Shown: piece by piece, positions 55,144 through 64,000 of the stretch
How the letters are laid out: every line of letters starts with the position of its first letter
Numbering within the stretch: position 1 is the first letter of the stretch
Assembly (NCBI RefSeq): GCF_009914755.1
Contig: NC_060937.1
DNA: 64,000 nt
Reading direction: 5' to 3' (one strand)
DNA from: the human T2T-CHM13v2.0 reference genome, Homo sapiens
The notes under the pieces: model-generated
What the model saw: the letters and a program-made list of their open reading frames with translations, nothing else
Database searches by the model: none
Told to the model about the DNA's origin: nothing
Translations under genes and position numbers: made by a program

Positions 55144-55283
55144 GTAAAATTTGCTAAGTGCATAATGGAGCAGACTGTAGATGGATGTAAGGTAACTCAT
55201 GAGAGTGGCACATGAACAGGTGAAATTCAGGAAGCCAATCCAAGTGTGCCTGGAAGGAAGTAGTTCTCTGAATCCACCCTCTT
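55144..55283 (+). repeat. Local direct duplication A (copy of 56155-56294)
   Basis: 140 bp, 7 mismatches, no gaps by manual alignment. Confidence 0.95.
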
Positions 55284-55479
55284 ATAAAATAGACACTGAG
55301 GGAAAGAAAGCTTACCTTACCTTGTCACCAAAGGTAAGACAAGGAAAAGAAAACTGCTATACCAGTCTAAATAAAAAGACTGCCCAGCAATCAACAGTTC
55401 TTTTCCCCTCTCTGACAACTGCAGGATGTTGGCAGGGTTTCTCAATAGACAAACTGTATTAGAATCATGTAGAGTATGA

Positions 55480-55861
<382 letters not shown>

Positions 55862-57009
55862 CATGTAGAGTATGAATGAACCAGACAATAGGGTTGGGGC
55901 CTAGGAATCTTATGCACAAAGAAATTTTGAGGACCACTGTTTTGAAGGTCAACAGTTCTAACTGCCCCCCCATACACCTTAGTGTTTCAAAAAGTGAGTT
56001 GTGAGAACAACCAGTGATATTCAGAATGATTTTAGCATGGAAGACTTATGCCTTTATTTCATTGTGCATTAAAATATTAAATACAACTGGTATCTCACAA
56101 ACCAATAATTTCATAGATATTATTGCTTACGATGAAGCCAAGTAAAAATCTAAGGTAAAATTTACTAAGTGCATAATGGAGCAGACTGTAGATGGATGTA
56201 AGGTAACTCATGAGAATGGCACATGAACAGGTGAAATTCAGGAAGCCAATCCAAGTGTGCCCGGAGGGAAGTGGTTCTCTGAATCTGCCCTCTTGACAAC
56301 ACAGCTCATTCCATCCTCCTGCATTTTACATCAGGCACAGAAGGATCCACATAAGAGAGATTCACACCCACCCACAATTGCCCTAGAGAAGGAAGGGGAG
56401 AGACAGAGAGCCTTTACTTATGTACCACGGAGCTTCAGAGTTAAGCCAGGTGCCCCTGCCTATCTCTACGTGGAGAACAATTGAACATGGGTGGAAGTAG
56501 CAGGCTCCTAGGAGCCGGGCCCTGGTGGGTGGCAGTATACGTGCATGTGTTGGTGGTCACTGAGACTTGGGTGGCCTGATTCTGTATTGTGCATGATTTG
56601 CTTTTCTGGCCACTAATAGGTCTCACGGTGAAGACAGCAGAACCAGATGGAGTAGGGGCTCAAGGAACAGGTAGCCACACCAACACTTCCCAGGAGTTCA
56701 GCCCTTTACAGGCCACAGAGCAACAATATTGTTGAATGTCAGAGTGAAACAGACCGCAGACACCAAGTGATCGAAGTCTCTCATTTTCCAGCTGAAAAAC
56801 AGGAATACAGAGAGAGAGTCTTCTGGTCAAGGTAGCAGCACTGACTGGTAACTGAAGTTGGTCGGATCAGTTAAAGCCTCCTTTTCCGGAGTTCTGTTAC
56901 GATATATGACTCTCTACGCCAGTTCCCTAGTAGGGACTCATGACTGACTGTCTCCCTGGCAATGACAGAAACTCCAATCCTATTCGACTCATTTAATGAT
57001 TTGGTATAG

Positions 57010-58890
57010 GATTCAGAGGCGCACGCGGCGAAGGCTGAGCAAGGGCTGTCTGTGGTTAAGCTCATCACAGGATGAGGCCATGCCCCACGCAACTCAGTCA
57101 GAGCTGGGCTTGCGATGATGCACCCAGAGTAGTTGTTTTGGGTGGGGGCTGCGAGGAACTCATAAAAGATGTAAGAGGAGGAGAAAGTTGGCAAGAAGTG
57201 GATGCTTTCATCTGCAGAGAAAGGCCCCTGAGCCCTAAAAAAACTGCCCTCCTCCCCACTCCCCCCTCCTCCCCCCGACACACAAAAAAGTTCACCCACT
57301 ACACCTGCCTTCCCCAGATGGGCTCCCTGCGCAACGCCTCCTCGTCCTCCGAGATTTTCCAATGGTGGCGCAAGCTCCTCCCTCGCCCGAGCTGGGCGCC
57401 GTCCTAGAGCCAAGCGCCCGCTAGAGCCGAGACTAGGGGGCGGCGAGGAGTGGGACCCGCTCGCGGCCATTGGTTGTGCGGCCAGGAGGGGCGGAGGGAC
57501 GACGCGCGGGCTGTGCGGGGCCGGCAGCCCGGATCCACTCCCGCTGCGCCTGCTGTCCGCCGTGCGCCCAGACTGCGCGCCGCGCCGCTGCGCCCAACAT
57601 TCCCGAGGACGGCTTCGCGGGCGCGTATCGTCCAGACCGGAGCACCGCCCCACCGCTAGCGCAGGAGACCTGCCGGGGAAGTCGCGTGTCCTGACCTGCA
57701 GGTCAGTGAGGGAAACTTGCAGGGTCCCGAGCTCTGGGGGTGAACTTGCCCTACGCGGAGAGCGCCCCACTCCTTGCCTGGGGCGGCCTCGGGTCCTGGA
57801 GGCGAGCCGCCTCCCAGACTCTCCCCGAGATCTGGGCTCCCGGAGATGTGGCTCCTTTCTGAGAAACACCCCCAAATCTATCCCTTTTGAGGTGTCCTTA
57901 CTGTCCCGAGAAGCAATCGCAGCCCGGCTCTCCGAGTCTTGGGGTGACTCCACGGGCTGCAGGAGGAGCCGCGAGGGGCCCTGAGTGCAATGTCCTTGGC
58001 CCCGTGTTGACCTGCCTCGGTCCCAGACACTGGGAACCGGGAAGGTCTACCCTCGCTCTGCAAGGTGGATTCCTCCATGCAAGTGTAGACAGTTCTACAC
58101 TTTGCAGAGTGTGTCTAGGTGCCTTCTGTTTGCTTTTGCCTTTGTGGTGTGTGGAGGGTCATTCTTGGGTGTGTTTTGCTCCTGTCTGATTTTCTAGGGT
58201 CATTTGCGTCCCTTCTCGGGAACGGGGACTCGCCATGCGCACACTGACAGCTGGCTTTGCACCTGCTAAGGCGCTGGAGAGTCTTTTCGCCCGTCTTAGG
58301 GTGGCCCTAAATCCGGGGAAGTTTTATGTGGCGCTGAACACTTGCGTTTCCCAGGGGCGTTTTCCCTAGCTCCCGGAAACCCAGTAGGTAACTGCGCCAG
58401 CGACCCTTCCCCTCTTCCCGTGTCTGATGAGACACTGGAATCCTGCCTTTCCCTGTCGAGGTGTGCGAATGATGGGCAAATTGCTTCAGTTCTGATTTAG
58501 GAAAGGGATATGTAATGTGCCCTCCTCCAGGGAGCAGAGGGATTCATTCACAGAAATATCTTGTTGAGGACCAGGATTGGGGCTATGCCTGCCCGCTTTC
58601 CTCCACCAGATGCCCGGGCTCCATCGGACTTGGGTTTGATCTCAGACTCTAGAGATGGGGTCTGTTTGTTAGTGTCCTTCATTTCCTCTCCCTGTTAATT
58701 TTTCTTCGGAAAATGTTCTGCTAAAGTAAGTACTTCAGTGTTCTTTGTGGTAAATGATGGGCTCCGATGTCTAGAGGACGTCTCAAAGCCATCGCATTTG
58801 GTACCGTCTGCACTACAGGTGCAAAGGGCGGGGAAACTGACAGCGTTACTGTCCTGGGGCGGACCCGCGGGACTACTCCCTAAGACGTTT
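57010..58890. promoter_or_regulatory. CpG island / promoter
   Basis: Sharp rise in GC and CpG, densest at 57330-58030. CCAAT at 57359, ATTGG at 57468, GC boxes at ~57438 and ~57489, further GC boxes at ~58826 and ~58857; no obvious TATA box. Confidence 0.92.
57520..57701 (+). other. Probable non-coding first exon of a + strand gene; intron 1 probably runs beyond the window end
   Basis: Immediately downstream of the CCAAT/GC boxes, contains no ATG, ends at a CAG|GTCAGT donor. Start site approximate; gene not identified. Confidence 0.65.
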
Positions 58891-61800
58891 CTCCTAGGTG
58901 CCTTCTCCTAGGTGCTTCCAGGATTCATTGTTCAGACAACAGCCTGTCAACAGGAAAAGAGGCACAAGTGACAGTCTTTTCTTAAAGGGTTTGTCTCTTA
59001 ATGCAGTCTTGCGGAGCCCCATGCACCCTCTGAAAAAAACAATATTTAATTTGCTGAATTATACAACTAGTCTGGGTGTCTCAGCTTATTTGTGATCATG
59101 CCCATAGAGGTTCTTAAATATCTTTTTTGTAACTAAATTCTCTTCATTTTACTAAGTAGAGTAGTGTCTTTTCCCCCGCCACCACCACACTCAGAACACC
59201 GTTTTTAGTTGATCTGTAAAGCAAATTGCCTTTTGGAGGGCTTGTGAGTGAGGCTGCCTGGTCTCAGAGCCTCCCTCAGCCCATGCCCTAGTCACCTTTA
59301 AATGCTGGACATCGTAGGGCCGCCGAAGCCTCTGCCAACCTCAGAAGTAATCTGGAAATATTGAGATCCAGCACGTGGGTGGGATATTCCATTTTTGTGT
59401 TTTGGCTTTGAGGGGCTTATTATTTTCGATTCCTCTATATAAGGCAAAGTGCTTTGAAGAGCTGAACGCACACATTTATTGTTCTCATTAAAGAAACCTG
59501 TTGTAAGGTAAGATTGAGTCCATTCTCCCTTGCTGTTAGTTCGTTCAGTTCAACAGATTTTACTAGATGTCTACGATTTGGACAAGCACATCAGGGGTTA
59601 AGATATAAATAACTGTGTGATTGCATGTGGCATCAAATCCACGAGAGAGTTTATTTGCAGGTTTCCTGGGTTTCTTTTTCTTTTTTCTTGTTCTTTTTTA
59701 GTGAGGGCAGATGAAGAATGACAGAGCTGATTTGTAAGAATGACCAACCATACTAACCTTTAAGCAAACTTGGAGTTATACGTTCATTATAAAAAAGAAA
59801 GACTAACTCATCACAGGCAAAATTCTGATTCAGCCTCTATACTAGATAAAGTCTGAGCTCATTTGATGATCGTTCTTCTCTGGCTTACTCTTCTCCCTAT
59901 ACTTATATTACAACATTTTTGGGGGGTCCTTTTTTTGTTTAAAGTTTGTACAGTTTGTACGAGCATTTTTATACTTAATTAGTTATAATGAAGAAGTGAA
60001 AAATAAAATTATGGCTGAATTTTTGTGTTTTGTTCATCTGAGTTTTTAAAGTAGTAATTTAAGAATCTGAAAAAATACATTTCTGAATGGCCCTGGATGC
60101 CAGGCACTGTGTAGGTCCCACTTGCCTGGCTCATGGTACCCATAAGCCATTCAGTAAATATTTGTTAAATGAAACTAAAAGCCAAAAAGTAGTGCCACAG
60201 AAGAATGTTGTTTTCTTCAAATATCTACTTGTGGAGGCTATTATATTATATTAGTATATTAATACAAAGTATTATAGACCTAATTTTTATAGATTTCATG
60301 ATTGTTTATAATGAGAGCTAAAAATAATAATAATAAAGGCTTTAAATTAGTTAATGGAATAGGGAAGCCAACAAGGAAGAAGTTCAAGCTTTAAGCCCAC
60401 GAGTTGGCAGGATTCCTTTTAGCCAACATGTGTGCCTAGAGGATTCAAGCCAGAGGCTTAGATGAAGATGCCCTTGGTATGCATATGTGGCCCAACCTTT
60501 GATTTAGAATTCAGGAAGTCCATCTGTGCATTCACGGGCCATTTCAGGAGCCGGGCAACAGTCTACTGGGCCAAATTCTGTGGTCCCTTCTGTTCTGATT
60601 CTGATTTGTGGCAGATGTATCCCTAGGATACAGCGTCTTCATGCTCAGTCTCATGACATAAAATGCGTCCTTCACGAGTTCCTTATGGATATAGGAAATA
60701 GTCATTATTTAGCCTTTACTAACTTTGGAAATTTTTTTGGAAAAAGAAAAAAAAGATAAAAGATGTCTGAGCCGTCAAACAGCCGTACACAGTTTAACAT
60801 ATCTCTAAGCATGAAGTAGCGTAATCCAGCCAAAACAGTGCCAATGACAAACCTCCACATTTCCATCAGAAATGGGGTACATCACTAATATTTTCTGAGT
60901 TCCTAACTTTTAAATTCCCAACTATTAAGCTATATTAAGACAGGAAATTAGTCAGTCTAGGTCTACAATTTGTACTTTGATTCTTGATGTTGATATTGTT
61001 AATCTGGAAGGGTCTGGAAAATGTAAGCCTCTAATAATTGTTAAAAGGGTCACTTAAGAAGGTAACAGACCTGAATCCAACTTCTGATGGGAAGCAGAAG
61101 GATAGGTGGCTATAAGAATCAGTTTCAAATTAAGAGAGACTGGAAGATGACTGAAACCACAGTTAAAACACTAATTAACTTCATTCAGGGAACATTCAAC
61201 GTATAGATTCACTTCCCAGGGGAGGCCAATATAGCAGCTTTCCTGGTTAACTTGCTAGGGTAGTCTGGTGCTGATTAGAAGTACCTGGTAATCTATCAAC
61301 TGTTGCCAGTTAAACTGGCTTGGTCCTTATTCACCTTCAATTTCCTTGTGACCAGGATTATATCAGAGGGATATACTATTCTCATTTCTTAAGCAGAACA
61401 TTGACAACATCCTGTAAAATGCAATGCTACCTCCAAGTACATTTAACCCCTGTTAGGAAGATTGACTTTCTGGCATCAGCCTGAGAGTCAAACTTTGAAA
61501 AAAAAATGGTAGAAATGAACCATTTCAAAGGTTTGTGTTAAGTATAGACAGTACAGAAAAAGAGGGGAGAAGGAGGAGCAGGAAGAGAAAAAACAAGTCC
61601 TGGGCTTAAAAACCAGCAGTATTTTCATGGCATATGCTATAATCAAATTTTATTTCTATTTCTTAATGAAAATACCTTTATTATTTTTTCTGATGTCAAT
61701 ACACATTCTTTTTGTCAAAATATAGATACAGAAATGCACAAAATAGAATGTTAACATGCCCCCATAATACTACCCTCTAACAAAAACATATGTTAACAGC

Positions 61801-61990
61801 TTGGTATATAACCTCTTGTTTTGTTTTGTTGTTTTTGCATCTAAAATATATGTGTGTATAATAGTAGTAGCAGTAGTAGTTGTTGTTTTACAAAAAATGG
61901 AATCATAGTATACACTATCATGAAGGTTACTTTCTTGACTTAGTCATAGATGTTCAGCATCTTTTCATGTTAGAAAATACGGTCCTTTTT

Positions 61991-62210
61991 CACAGGGAGG
62001 GGAACAACACACACTGGGGCCTGTTGGGGTGGGGTGGTGGGAGGGAGCATCAGGAAAAATTAGCTAATGCATGCTGGGCTTAATACCTATGTGATGGGAT
62101 GATAGGTGCAACCAACCACCATGGCACATGTTTACTTATGTAACAAACCTACACGTCCTGCACATGTATCCTGGAACTTAAAATAAAATAAAATTTATAT
62201 ATATATATAT
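61991..62210 (+). mobile_element. Short old L1PA 3' end
   Basis: gggaacaacacacactggggcc...gtaacaaacctacacgtcctgcacatgtatcc; TSD aaaata(cg/ta)gtccttttt. Confidence 0.9.
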
Positions 62211-62683
62211 AAAATATAGTCCTTTTTAATATAAGAGGATCAAGAGACTCCACTGTGTGACTCTTCTGTCATTTATTTAACTAATCTTTGACTCATGGAC
62301 ATTTTAGTAGCTTCAATGTTTAGCTACAGAATACATCTTTGTGCATGTACTTTTAAACTTGTCTGATTTTTTTCTCCATTGGATAAATTCTTAAAATGTA
62401 TCATTTACACTGTTATCCTATAATGCTACCTGGTTTGTGTGAAAAGAGAAGCATTCAAATAGTTCATGCAACAAGCAGTAGACCTTCCTCACTGTGACCC
62501 ATTCTTCCCTATGCCTGGCACATAATACTCTTTTCCTCAAAAGAATTTTATTAGCAGTTAACATTCATATAGAAAAGTACACAGATCATAAAGACATAAG
62601 ATATCATAAAGACATAATTTATGTGTTCAATTTGACACACCCATATAAATGGTGCCAGGCTCAAAAAAAAAATTTACTAATGC

Positions 62684-63663
<980 letters not shown>

Positions 63664-64000
63664 TACCCTCTGCCATTCTCCTCAAGGCAAAACTGTCGTT
63701 CTAACAACTACTCATGGGAAAGTCTTTGGTGAGCTTGGATGCTAGTCTCAGACCTTCAGAAAGACTCCTCGCCAACAAAATGGGTCTAGTTGAATGGAAT
63801 GAGTTTCTAAGATCTTTCAGTCTGTTCAAGTGTCGCCTTATTATCCCTGTCGGTTTTGGCCTTACATTTTTCCACTGAACTCCCTGCTTGGCACATATTT
63901 TGATTCATATGATGAAAAGCCTCTGGATTAAAAAAAATTAACTTCTTTTTTGTCTGCCTTCCTCTTGTTAGCCACTCAGCTCAGCTCTGAGTATAGAGTG

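Noticed and set aside
57520-57701. Naming the gene from its first exon
   Set aside because: No coding exon lies in the window and I could not verify any recalled 5'UTR. A BLAT of 57520-57701 would settle it.
56871-57953. 360-aa minus-strand ORF, the longest in the window
   Set aside because: Starts at GTG, lies in the stop-poor CpG island, is low-complexity R/G/P/S/A and has no recognisable domain. An antisense non-coding RNA is not excluded.

Overview
Primate (very likely human) genomic DNA. Bases 1 to ~56,900 are intergenic and packed with interspersed repeats: about 17 Alus, nested L1s, HAL1, L2, MIR, MaLR/ERV LTRs, and Hsmar1, Tigger and hAT DNA transposons. At ~57.0-58.9 kb there is a CpG-island promoter with CCAAT and GC boxes, followed by a probable non-coding first exon (+ strand, donor after 57701) and the start of intron 1; I cannot name the gene with confidence. 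No protein-coding exon is supported, and the ORF track is almost entirely repeat-derived or chance. I found no new gene system. The most notable unexplained structures are: (1) a ~200-300 bp inverted repeat I cannot assign to a repeat family (22384-24333), whose left arm appears to interrupt an old LTR; (2) a complex templated-insertion scar at 55.0-56.4 kb, with nearby DNA copied inside an Alu between its body and tail; (3) a tail-less insert bounded by a perfect 23-bp duplication; (4) a four-copy octamer (ATGCAAAT) cluster; (5) a perfect 16-bp palindrome across the first splice donor. Repeat subfamily names come from recalled consensus sequences, and the edges of old repeats are approximate.
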